From contig OZ245049.1 of the NCBI GenBank assembly GCA_965224465.1, forward strand, positions 2,580,001-2,612,000: DNA of 32,000 nt, given 5' to 3'. This stretch comes from Flavobacteriaceae bacterium. GTDB lineage: Bacteria; Bacteroidota; Bacteroidia; Flavobacteriales; Flavobacteriaceae. The notes under the pieces are model-generated. The model was given only the letters and a program-made list of their open reading frames with translations. It did no database searches and was not told where the DNA came from. Shown here one piece after another: positions 18,721 to 27,468 of the stretch. Every line of letters starts with the position of its first letter. Positions within the stretch are counted from its first letter, which is position 1. The position numbers and the translations under genes are program-made.

Positions 18721-19110
18721 ATGGGAACCGTAACATCATTTAAAGAATTAATCGTTTGGCAAAAGCCAATGACTTTAGCGATGGATATTTACCCCCTTAC
18801 CAAGACTTTTCCTAATGATGAAAAATTTGGATTACTAAGTCAACTTAGAAGATGTCCCGTTTCTATCCCTTCAAACATCGCTGAAGAATGGGGACGTAAA
18901 TCAACTAAAAGCTACCTGCATTTCTTAAGAATTGCAAATGGCTCATTGGCAGAATTAGAAACTCAATTAATTATAGCTAAAGAATTAAACCATAGTACCG
19001 ATACGCAAAAAGCAGATGGACTGATTATTGAGGTTAGCAAAATGTTAAACTCAATAATCCGAACATTATCGGAACGGGGCTACCCCCTTCCACTTTTCGC
19101 CTATCACTAA
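18721..19110 (+). CDS. four-helix-bundle protein (TIGR02436 / 23S rRNA intervening-sequence protein / Avd-like family)
   Basis: 129 aa. FKELIVWQKPMTLAMDIY..T..FP..EKFGL.SQLRR..VSIPSNIAEEWGR and GSL.ELETQL are the family signature. Confidence 0.85.
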   Translation: MGTVTSFKELIVWQKPMTLAMDIYPLTKTFPNDEKFGLLSQLRRCPVSIPSNIAEEWGRKSTKSYLHFLRIANGSLAELETQLIIAKELNHSTDTQKADGLIIEVSKMLNSIIRTLSERGYPLPLFAYH

Positions 19111-19122
19111 AAACTAACAGTT

Positions 19123-19869
19123 ATGAATTTAACGTTAAAAATTTGGAGACAAAAAAGTGCGCAATCAAAAGGAAAAATGGTTGAGTACAAAGTAACAGAT
19201 ATCTCAGAACACATGTCATTTTTAGAAATGATGGACGTGTTAAATGAACAATTAGTTGACTCTAATGACGAGCCAATTGCCTTTGACCACGATTGTCGTG
19301 AAGGAATTTGCGGTATGTGTTCGTTGTTCATTAATGGAGAAGCTCATGGACCTGACCGTGGTATTACTACCTGTCAGTTACACATGCGTACCTTTAAAGA
19401 TGGAGACACCATCTATATTGAACCATGGAGATCAAAAGCATTCCCAGTAATTAAGGATTTAATCGTAGACCGTATGGCTTTCGAACGCATCCAACAAGCT
19501 GGAGGGTATGTTTCTATCAATACTTCTGGAAATACACAAGATGCCAACGCAATTCCTATTTCAAAATTTGATGCAGATCTATCTATGGATGCTGCCTCTT
19601 GTATTGGATGTGGTGCCTGTGTAGCTACCTGTAAAAACTCAAGTGCAATGTTGTTTACCGCTGCTAAAGTATCTCAATTTGCTTTGTTACCACAAGGTAG
19701 AGTTGAAGCGATAGAACGTGTTCAAAACATGGTTGCCCAAATGGATTTAGAAGGTTTTGGTAACTGTACCAACACCGGAGCTTGTGAAGTGGAATGTCCT
19801 AAAGGAATAACACTAGAAAATATTGCACGTATGAATCGTGAGTATTTAAAAGCAAGTTTAGTCAGATAA
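19123..19869 (+). CDS. sdhB: succinate dehydrogenase/fumarate reductase iron-sulfur subunit
   Basis: 248 aa. Cys clusters [20 protein letters not shown] and [10 protein letters not shown]. Confidence 0.95.
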   Translation: MNLTLKIWRQKSAQSKGKMVEYKVTDISEHMSFLEMMDVLNEQLVDSNDEPIAFDHDCREGICGMCSLFINGEAHGPDRGITTCQLHMRTFKDGDTIYIEPWRSKAFPVIKDLIVDRMAFERIQQAGGYVSINTSGNTQDANAIPISKFDADLSMDAASCIGCGACVATCKNSSAMLFTAAKVSQFALLPQGRVEAIERVQNMVAQMDLEGFGNCTNTGACEVECPKGITLENIARMNREYLKASLVR

Positions 19870-19896
19870 GTACTTATCTTATACATTTATATATAG

Positions 19897-19930
19897 AATC
19901 CCCTAGCCTTTGGTTTGGGGATTTTTTTTG
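19897..19930 (+). terminator. Rho-independent terminator of the sdh operon
   Basis: Stem AATCCCC (19897-19903) with GGGGATT (19917-19923), additional inner pairs, then a T8 run. Confidence 0.7.
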
Positions 19931-19942
19931 TTTTGAATCATG

Positions 19943-20062
19943 TTGGGCGTTCCCAAAAAGGGGCGGGCTATACGCTCATACGCTTCGCTTTTACAGTGCG
20001 CCTGTTCTAAGGCAGGCACACTGTAAAAACTGCAGGGTAACCGCTGCTATCCCTAACGCGAG
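19943..20062. other. GC-rich intergenic island with a long hairpin
   Basis: This stretch is clearly GC-richer than the AT-rich flanks. TTACAGTGCGCCTG (19991-20004) pairs with CAGGCACACTGTAA (20013-20026) at 13/14 positions with an 8-nt loop. A TACGCT direct duplication is also present. Confidence 0.6.
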
Positions 20063-20334
20063 AGTATAGGAAATAACAAAAAGAGAACCCCAAAAGGAGC
20101 ATTCCATGTATTTCAATATACTATAGAAATCGTTCCCTATTTCATCTGGTAAAAGTAACCTGTCAACCTTTTAAAAAGGCAAAAAGGTTCTTATTATTGA
20201 TTTTTCCTTTGTTATCCCTATATATATTAGACACTTATAAAAAAATAGCTATTTTTTAACACAATTTATTAATAGATTTTCTTAGACTCGACATTAGTAC
20301 TAAGTTCGCTTCTAAGGATTATTATAATTAAAAA

Positions 20335-20601
20335 ATGAAGCGAATTTTATTAGTGTGCTTTTTAGCATTAGGGACGTATTGTTTTGCTGCAACAAATATT
20401 GTAATAAATAACTTAATTTTAGTTGAAGAAATAATCATCGAGAATATTAAAACTGTCACTGTCGGAGAAAGTAATGAAGGCTATTTTAGATGCCGAGCAG
20501 ATATTTATTACAAAGATCAGTATGTCAGGATGGTATCGGACATGAAGAAACACCTAACACAATGTGTAGCAAAACAAGAGGTAATGCTGAGTTATGTATA
20601 G
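20335..20601 (+). CDS. hypothetical small secreted protein
   Basis: 88 aa with a clear signal peptide (MKRILLVCFLALGTYCFA). I recognise no family. Confidence 0.45.
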   Translation: MKRILLVCFLALGTYCFAATNIVINNLILVEEIIIENIKTVTVGESNEGYFRCRADIYYKDQYVRMVSDMKKHLTQCVAKQEVMLSYV

Positions 20602-20644
20602 CTGCACAACTATAAACATTTAATATTTTTAAACAAAAACATAC

Positions 20645-20672
20645 AGCTCCAATTCATAACTGAATTGGAGCT
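20645..20672. terminator. 12-bp perfect hairpin between the small ORF and the GLPGLI gene (possible T-run-less terminator)
   Basis: AGCTCCAATTCA (20645-20656), loop TAAC, TGAATTGGAGCT (20661-20672). Confidence 0.4.
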
Positions 20673-20686
20673 ATTAAACTATAGAA

Positions 20687-21451
20687 ATGAAAATATATAA
20701 GAAAAAGTTCAAGATATTTTTTTTACTAGGAGCTATACTTTTCTGTAGGAATGGAATAGCACAAAACAATGATTTTTTCGTAAAAATAGACTATACCTAT
20801 TTAACCCAAACTCATGGACCAGCGTCAAAATATAGTGCGAATTCAACGTTAGTCTGTACTAAAAACGAATCTATATTTGAAATAAACCACAGAAAAAGCA
20901 AAGACAATCAAAACGTTGAAAACAATAACGATGATGGATATGTTTTTAAAGTCCAGTCTGATAAAAATGATTTTGTATACAAAAGTAACAAACAACAAAT
21001 GTACTATTCAAATACAATAGGTTTTAAAAGATTTTACATTCAAGACAGCTTAAATATATGTGATTGGACATTGGGAACAACAACAAAGATAATTTTAGGT
21101 TATACGTGTCAAAAAGCAACCACTAGCTATGGAGGAAGAAATTATACAGCCTATTTCACATATAAAATCCCTATAGCAGATGGCCCATGGCGTTTTAACG
21201 GTTTACCCGGTTTAATACTGGAAGTTGCCGATGAAGACATGGTTTTTAAAATAAAGGCGACAGGTATCGAAATAAAAAACAACAACATTAGTATAGACAA
21301 CCCTTACAAAGATAAAAAGTTGATCTCCTGGGAAACGTTTTTAAAACTGTATCGAAAAAAATACGACGAAGTTTTACGGAACGGAATGACAGCACATGGA
21401 CCAACAATGGTATTAGCAAAAAAGAGTATTATTGAATATATAAAAGAATAA
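20687..21451 (+). CDS. GLPGLI family protein (TIGR01200)
   Basis: 254 aa with a signal peptide. It contains the eponymous motif FNGLPGLILEV. Confidence 0.85.
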   Translation: MKIYKKKFKIFFLLGAILFCRNGIAQNNDFFVKIDYTYLTQTHGPASKYSANSTLVCTKNESIFEINHRKSKDNQNVENNNDDGYVFKVQSDKNDFVYKSNKQQMYYSNTIGFKRFYIQDSLNICDWTLGTTTKIILGYTCQKATTSYGGRNYTAYFTYKIPIADGPWRFNGLPGLILEVADEDMVFKIKATGIEIKNNNISIDNPYKDKKLISWETFLKLYRKKYDEVLRNGMTAHGPTMVLAKKSIIEYIKE

Positions 21452-21535
21452 CTTCCTTGTTTACACACTACAGGGGACTGTAAACTCAACTCTGTCTGAA
21501 TAAAAAAAAGTATTAACTTTATTCAAACAGAAAAC

Positions 21536-22768
21536 ATGACAAAAGACGAGTTAGCCAACATTGAAAAAAAGGCATTGGATCAATTATTATCAGGAAAAAG
21601 TTTATTCGGAAAAGAAGGTGCCTTTGCTCCTTTAATGAAACAATTTCTTGAGAAAGCATTGGAAGCAGAAATGGAATCACACCTTAGTGAAGAGGAACGT
21701 TCTAAAGGGAATAAACGTAATGGAAAGGGCAAAAAGACTGTTAAAACTAGTATTGGTAGTTTTGAAATAAGCACGCCAGCGGATAGAAATAGTAGTTTCG
21801 AGCCTGTTCTGATAAAAAAGCGTCAAACCATTTTAGCAGATAATTTATCAGATAAGATCATTGGATTATACGGCCTAGGAATGAGCTTACGCGATATTTC
21901 TGGTCATATAAAAGAGATGTATGATACAGATATATCACACACTGTTTTAAGTCAAATTACAGATAAGATCATACCAGATATAAAACAATGGCAAAGTCGT
22001 CCAATAGAACAGATGTACTGCATTGTTTGGCTTGACGCTATGCATTACAAGGTAAAAGTAGACGGTAAAATACAACACAAAGCACTTTACAATGTTTTAG
22101 GAGTAAATAAAGAAGGGATCAAAGAGGTTTTAGGAATGTATATTTCAGAAAGTGAAGGCGCAAATTTTTGGCTTCAAGTATTGACAGACCTTAATAACAG
22201 AGGGCTTAAGGATATCCTAATTGCCTGTACAGACAACTTAAAAGGGTTTTCAGAAGCTATCTTGAGTGTATTTCCTAAAACACAAATTCAAAAGTGTATT
22301 GTTCATCAAATTCGTAATTCTTTAAAGTATATAGCTTCCAAAGACCAAAAAGAATTTATTCGAGATTTAAAGCTTGTTTACAAGGCTGTTAATAAGGATA
22401 TTGCTGAGTTGGAGTTATTGAAATTAGAAGAAAAATGGGGAGAAAAATACCCTGTAGTTTTAGAAAGTTGGAACCGTAATTGGGAAGAGTTATCTCAGTT
22501 TTTTCAGTATACAGAACCTATCAGAAAAATAATTTACACAACAAATGCAGTAGAAGGTTTTCATAGACAGGTAAGAAAAGTAACTAAAACAAAAGGGGCT
22601 TTTACCAGTGATATGGCACTATTAAAGCTTGTTTACTTAGCAACAAAAAATATCGAAAAAAAATGGACAAACCCTTTACATAATTGGTGCTTGACAATTC
22701 AACAATTATATATTAAATTTGAAGATCGAATAACGTTGGATTTACATAAAAACGGAAGCAATTCGTGA
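21536..22768 (+). CDS. IS256-family (Mutator-type) transposase
   Basis: 410 aa. The segment LFGKEGAFAPLMKQFLEKALEAEMESHL...KRNGKGKKTVKTSIGSFEISTPADRNSSFEPVLIKKRQ and the DDE region are typical of IS256 transposases. Confidence 0.92.
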   Translation: MTKDELANIEKKALDQLLSGKSLFGKEGAFAPLMKQFLEKALEAEMESHLSEEERSKGNKRNGKGKKTVKTSIGSFEISTPADRNSSFEPVLIKKRQTILADNLSDKIIGLYGLGMSLRDISGHIKEMYDTDISHTVLSQITDKIIPDIKQWQSRPIEQMYCIVWLDAMHYKVKVDGKIQHKALYNVLGVNKEGIKEVLGMYISESEGANFWLQVLTDLNNRGLKDILIACTDNLKGFSEAILSVFPKTQIQKCIVHQIRNSLKYIASKDQKEFIRDLKLVYKAVNKDIAELELLKLEEKWGEKYPVVLESWNRNWEELSQFFQYTEPIRKIIYTTNAVEGFHRQVRKVTKTKGAFTSDMALLKLVYLATKNIEKKWTNPLHNWCLTIQQLYIKFEDRITLDLHKNGSNS

Positions 22769-22787
22769 CGCTAGCCGCTGGGGCTCA

Positions 22788-22847
22788 TTTTAAAATAGTT
22801 CGATTTTTAAAGCAGCCTTATGAAGAGAAAATCGAACTATTTTAAAA
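22788..22847. other. 20-bp perfect inverted repeat (hairpin) inside the IS256 3' end
   Basis: TTTTAAAATAGTTCGATTTT (22788-22807) pairs with AAAATCGAACTATTTTAAAA (22828-22847) with a 20-nt loop. It lies between the transposase stop and the right IR. Confidence 0.6.
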
Positions 22848-23032
22848 CGTAGAAAAAAACAAGCAGACAGAGTTTAAATTACACAACCCACTACAGAACA
22901 AACCTATTCACTAAGAAACTAAAAACAGTATTAGTACTATTATTTATAGTATTTACAAGTGTAGCTCAAAACAAGATTAAAGGAATAGTTACAAATAGTA
23001 AGGGAGCTCCTTTACCTTATGTAACTGTACTA

Positions 23033-25555
23033 TTGCTAAACAAAACTAACTCGACAATATCAAAATACACTTCCACGGATAAAAGCGGAAATTACACCTT
23101 AACTATTAACAATGAATTAAAAGCATTACAAATCGAATTTCGATTGATTTCATTCCACAAACAAACCTTTACCTTAGAAAATGTAAAAACAAGGAATAAA
23201 ACTACTATTTTAGATGTCACCTTAAAGTCAAGGACAACCGCCTTGGACGAAGTCCTTATAAAATCACCAAAAAACAAAGCTATCACAGTAAAAAAGGATA
23301 CGGTGTTTTTTGAAATCAACCGTTTTAAAGACGGTACTGAACTGGTGGTAGAAGATATCATTAAAAAACTTCCAGGAATGGAAGTAGGAAATAATGGGAA
23401 AATATTTTTTAAAGGAAAACCTGTTGAAAATATATTATTAGATGGAGACGATTTGTTTGGAAGTAATTATACAATGGGCACCAAAAATATAGATATTGAT
23501 ATGATAGATAAATTGTCTGCCATTGAAAATTATATAGAAAACCCATTATTACATGGACTTGAAAATTCAAAAGCTGTAGCGATTAACCTTATTTTAAAAA
23601 AAGGAAAAACTGACTTTTCCAACACTACTTCAATTGGTCTAGGCATAGAGAACAAACAGGATTTAAAGTCAAGTTTACTAGGCGTATCTAAAACACTAAA
23701 ATCGTTTTCAACCATTAGCTATAATAATGTGGGAAAAGAAAATAGTGCTTATGATTATTTTGGATCCAATGCTACCTCTTTAGAAAGCATAAAAGAACAA
23801 ACATTGAGCTTACCTAAAATAATAGAAGACCGGATTTTAAACACAGAAATAGGAGAAGAACGTTCCCGTGTTAATCATAATTTTTTCACCAACATAAACG
23901 GCATTTATAAAATAACAAAGAATTTAGGAATGCGAATAAATCTGGACTATAAAAGCGATAAATTATTACGTAACCTAGAAAACAGGACTTTATTTACAGA
24001 CGCTTTAAACAATGATTCTATTTTACAAAGCAATGCTATTAAGAAAACACCAAATATAAAGGTGCTTAAGGTAAAATTAAATTACAAATTATCTGCGAAT
24101 AAAATATTAGAATATAACAGCAAATTAAAAAAATCCAACATTAAAACTATCGAAAAAACTGAACGGAATGGATTAAATCAAAATAGTAGAAGTAGTTTTA
24201 AAGAAAACTTGTGGAGTCAGCAATTGGCATATACAAATAGAATAAATTCAAAGAGTGCCTTTATAGGAAAGATTGTAGTCAATTCATCTAGCTTACCTCA
24301 ACAACTCATTATTTCTCCAGAATATAGGTTTAGCAATACCCCAGAAGAAGGGCAACAAACAGTGAATTTGAACAAGGATTATTATAAATTAACCACCGAG
24401 TATTTAACAGCAAAAAACAACCTCACTTCTAAGTTCTATTTGGGCTATTCCTTAGAGGATCTTAAATTAAATTCTTTACTCGCTAACACAAACAAAACAT
24501 TGCCTGTATCAAATAATGATTTTAACTATAAAACCAAACACCTATGGATAGGGAGTTCTTTGTTTTTCAAAAAAAAGAAATGGAGGTACCAAGTCAAAGC
24601 TACATTTAATTACTTGAAGCAGCGCATACACTTCTATTCTATTTCCGAAAAGGATGACCTTAATAGATTTTTTGTTACACCTTCAATCAATGTTTCATAT
24701 CACATCTCTAAAAAATCAAACTTAAACGTTGGAATGTACTATACAGAAAGCAAACTAAATGAAAAAGACTTGTTTAGACAACCAATTTTTACATCCAATG
24801 AAAATGCCATTAGCAATAATGTGAATTTAAAAATGATAAAGAAATACAAGGTAAAACTAGGGTATAATCACAACGATTTTTATAATCTTTTTCAGTTAAA
24901 TACAAGTTTAAATTTTATAAGACAAAAAAACAATTTAGTTTCCAATGTATCATTTGTAAATACCTTTTTTGAATCATTAAGAACGTTGGAATCTGTTAAT
25001 TATGACACAACATTCCTAAACCTAAACTTGGACACCTATTTGAATGGGATAAATTCAAATTTAAAATTTACAGGTTCTTACGGAGTAAGTACTTTTAAAA
25101 ACATAGTGAACAACTCGCAAGTTAGGAATAACATTGGGTATTCTGGATTCTATAAAGTATCGTTAAAAACAGGATTTTTAAACAGGGTTAATTTCGAAAA
25201 CAGCTTAGAAATAATGACAAGTAAATTTAAGACAAATACAATGCAACCGATCAACAGTATTTCTTATCACAACGTGTTTAAAATTTATATAAAACCAACA
25301 CAAAGGATTCGTTTGGTTTCAAGCATTGATGTTTATTCCCCAAACAAAAAAATGAACAACCTTTATTATTTTATTGACAATTCACTTTTCTATACATCAA
25401 AAAACAATAAAATAAAATACACAATTACTGCCAAAAACTTAACAACTAAGCCAAACAGCTATAGTAGAACGGTTGTTTCCGATTTTGCAGTTAGTACCAT
25501 TTCACATAATATATTAAAACCTTATATTTTGTTTACGGTAGATTTCAGGTTGTAA
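23033..25555 (+). CDS. outer-membrane beta-barrel family protein (CarboxypepD_reg domain + TonB-receptor-like barrel); 5' end displaced by IS256
   Basis: The frame is open upstream to 22853 and encodes KKLKTVLVLLFIVFTSVAQNKIKGIVTNSKGAPLPYVTV (signal peptide plus carboxypeptidase-regulatory fold). No ATG, GTG or TTG occurs before TTG 23033. A plug-like LPGMEVGNNGKIFFKGKPVENILLDGDD is present, and the protein ends in F/L-rich beta strands. Confidence 0.7.
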   Translation: MLNKTNSTISKYTSTDKSGNYTLTINNELKALQIEFRLISFHKQTFTLENVKTRNKTTILDVTLKSRTTALDEVLIKSPKNKAITVKKDTVFFEINRFKDGTELVVEDIIKKLPGMEVGNNGKIFFKGKPVENILLDGDDLFGSNYTMGTKNIDIDMIDKLSAIENYIENPLLHGLENSKAVAINLILKKGKTDFSNTTSIGLGIENKQDLKSSLLGVSKTLKSFSTISYNNVGKENSAYDYFGSNATSLESIKEQTLSLPKIIEDRILNTEIGEERSRVNHNFFTNINGIYKITKNLGMRINLDYKSDKLLRNLENRTLFTDALNNDSILQSNAIKKTPNIKVLKVKLNYKLSANKILEYNSKLKKSNIKTIEKTERNGLNQNSRSSFKENLWSQQLAYTNRINSKSAFIGKIVVNSSSLPQQLIISPEYRFSNTPEEGQQTVNLNKDYYKLTTEYLTAKNNLTSKFYLGYSLEDLKLNSLLANTNKTLPVSNNDFNYKTKHLWIGSSLFFKKKKWRYQVKATFNYLKQRIHFYSISEKDDLNRFFVTPSINVSYHISKKSNLNVGMYYTESKLNEKDLFRQPIFTSNENAISNNVNLKMIKKYKVKLGYNHNDFYNLFQLNTSLNFIRQKNNLVSNVSFVNTFFESLRTLESVNYDTTFLNLNLDTYLNGINSNLKFTGSYGVSTFKNIVNNSQVRNNIGYSGFYKVSLKTGFLNRVNFENSLEIMTSKFKTNTMQPINSISYHNVFKIYIKPTQRIRLVSSIDVYSPNKKMNNLYYFIDNSLFYTSKNNKIKYTITAKNLTTKPNSYSRTVVSDFAVSTISHNILKPYILFTVDFRL

Positions 25556-25603
25556 CCAAATGAGGCAATACAATATTACATGAAGATTTATTATGTAAAC
25601 CCC

Positions 25604-25627
25604 CCAAACCGTTGGTTTGGTTTTTTT
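25604..25627 (+). terminator. Rho-independent terminator after the beta-barrel gene
   Basis: CCAAACC (25604-25610), loop GTT, GGTTTGG (25614-25620), then T7. Confidence 0.7.
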
Positions 25628-25678
25628 GTTTTGGATGATGGGTATGGCTAGAGATACATTGCATTGCGTCTCTAGCAA

Positions 25679-25702
25679 CATCATCATCATCATCATCATC
25701 AT
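25679..25702. repeat. (CAT)8 trinucleotide microsatellite
   Basis: Eight perfect CAT units followed by CAC. It is intergenic. Confidence 0.95.
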
Positions 25703-25733
25703 CACACCGCATTCGCGGTGCTATTAACAGGCC

Positions 25734-25894
25734 CCACGCTGTGGCTTTTAAATCCCAGTCGGATTACACCCTGAAAACAACCCACAAGAAACGACACACA
25801 AAGCTCCAGAGGAGCGACATGTTAGTAGTAATAAAGCCCCCCAATCCGACAGCTTGAGAGGAGCGACATGTTAATAATGCTAATTAATAGGTCC
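25734..25894 (+). repeat. Nested tandem repeat array, unit 1 (left of the IS66 insertion)
   Basis: The unit is hairpin CCAC-GCT-GTGG, a CA-rich tract, then two copies of AGCTCCAGAGGAGCGACATGTTA (25802-25824, and variant 25851-25874) spaced 49 nt apart. It is near-identical to unit 2. Confidence 0.9.
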
Positions 25895-25922
25895 GTAAGC
25901 GTACGGTAAAGTACACCCTTGA

Positions 25923-27425
25923 TTATTTATCAACAGGCTTCCAATTTTGAGGCAGTAACTCCGAAAGTTTATTAGCCTTATGTTCTGGTAATCTATTAAG
26001 GACATCACATAGCCACGTATGTGGGTTTACGTTATTCTTTTTGCAAGTAGCAAAAAAGCTATAAAATAGAGCTATGTTTTGTGCGGACTCATGACTGCCA
26101 GCAAAGAGATAATTTTTTCTGCCAATAGCTAAAGGTCTTATGGCATTTTCTATATTATTGTTGTCTATTTCAAACCTGCCATCATCGATGTATAGTTTTA
26201 GGTTTTGCCATATTTTAAGAGTATAAGCAATTGCTTTTCCTATGGCACTTTTAGGCAGTACGTTTTTTCGCTCTTTTGTAAGATAAATTTCTATTCCGTC
26301 TAAAACAGGTGATGCATGTTTTTCTCTATATGCTTTAGTTTGCTCAATAGTTAATTCTTGTTCTTTTATTTTACGTTCTATCTTGTATAGCTTTTGAATT
26401 TCCAACAAAACAACATCCGCTCTTTTAGGATCATTATCCAGCGCCTTCTCAAAATACCGCCTAGCATGAGCCATGCAACCTAAAAGAGTAATTTCTCCTT
26501 TTGTTGTTAAGTTTTGGTATGCAGCATACCCATCGGACTGTAGTGTCCCATTGAAATCTTTAAAAAACTCTTCTGGAACAACTTTTCCTCTCCCTTTATT
26601 GTATTCAAAAAGAACTAAATTTTTAACAGGATTTCGATACACCCACATATACCCTCTGTGTGTTGATTTTTTCTTGTCTTTATCTAAAACCTTTATAGGA
26701 GATTCGTCTGCTTGAATATAATTGGCATTTTCTAAAAACTGAGCCTTAAATGTATCGTATAAAGGAGCGATAAGCTCCGAACTTTTAGATACCCATCCTC
26801 CAATTGTTGATTTACTTACTTTTAAATCTTGTCGTTTAAAAATTTGAATTAATCTGTAAAGTGGTAAATGGTCTACAAATTTTGAAATAAGTATAAAGGC
26901 CAATAAACTTGCTGATGCATTTCCTTTAGGTATCGGTAAGCTTGGTAATTCTGCTATAACAACGCCTTTTTCTTCCGGAAGTGCATATTTAGGTCTTACA
27001 ATTCGTCTTACAAAAACGGAAAGAGGCGTTATTTCTAAAAGTTCTGTAACTTCTTCTCCTATTTTTACAGCTCCTTCTTCTATGTGCTTAGGCTCTATAA
27101 TCTCTTCTACTCGCGGAAAATGCGCAGGTATAGAAGAGCGAACAGGTTTTTTCTTTCCTTTCTTCTTTTGTTTTCTTTCGTAGATTACAATATGTTTTTT
27201 GTATGCCTCTTCTTTCTCAGCTATTATTTTTCCGAAAAGCGACAATTGATTTGTGTCAACAGGGATAAAACGTTCGCTTTTAGACCCGAAAACCATTCTT
27301 TTAAGCTGCTCGTATTGCTGCTTAATTTCAGCTAGTTCTTGAGCTGTTTTTTCAAGTTCAATCTTTAAAATTACCAGCTCTTTTTGTATGTCTATTGTAT
27401 TGTTTTCCACACTATAAATATACAA
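25923..27425 (-). CDS. IS66-family transposase (TnpC)
   Basis: 500 aa. N-terminal coiled coil, the MVFGSKSERF motif and a DDE core (QADESPIKVL ... LQSDGYAAY ... CMAHARRYF). Confidence 0.9.
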   Translation of the reverse strand: MYIYSVENNTIDIQKELVILKIELEKTAQELAEIKQQYEQLKRMVFGSKSERFIPVDTNQLSLFGKIIAEKEEAYKKHIVIYERKQKKKGKKKPVRSSIPAHFPRVEEIIEPKHIEEGAVKIGEEVTELLEITPLSVFVRRIVRPKYALPEEKGVVIAELPSLPIPKGNASASLLAFILISKFVDHLPLYRLIQIFKRQDLKVSKSTIGGWVSKSSELIAPLYDTFKAQFLENANYIQADESPIKVLDKDKKKSTHRGYMWVYRNPVKNLVLFEYNKGRGKVVPEEFFKDFNGTLQSDGYAAYQNLTTKGEITLLGCMAHARRYFEKALDNDPKRADVVLLEIQKLYKIERKIKEQELTIEQTKAYREKHASPVLDGIEIYLTKERKNVLPKSAIGKAIAYTLKIWQNLKLYIDDGRFEIDNNNIENAIRPLAIGRKNYLFAGSHESAQNIALFYSFFATCKKNNVNPHTWLCDVLNRLPEHKANKLSELLPQNWKPVDK

Positions 27426-27468
27426 AAAACAAGACTAAATAGCAGGTAAAACCTACAGTTTTATTGAA

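Larger units (their letters stand above)
21474..22888 (+). mobile_element. IS256-family insertion sequence (1415 bp) with an 8-bp target-site duplication
   Basis: The terminal inverted repeats match at 19/25: GGGACTGTAAACTCAACTCTGTCTG at 21474-21498 against the reverse complement of 22864-22888. The flanking direct repeat CACTACAG lies at 21466-21473 and 22889-22896. Confidence 0.9.

Noticed and set aside
18721-19110. Diversity-generating retroelement, because the four-helix-bundle protein is Avd-like
   Set aside because: The window contains no reverse transcriptase gene and no template/variable repeat pair.
25514-25705. Minus-strand ORF starting with a poly-Met run
   Set aside because: It is an artefact of translating the (CAT)8 microsatellite. 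It overlaps the 3' end and the terminator of the beta-barrel gene.
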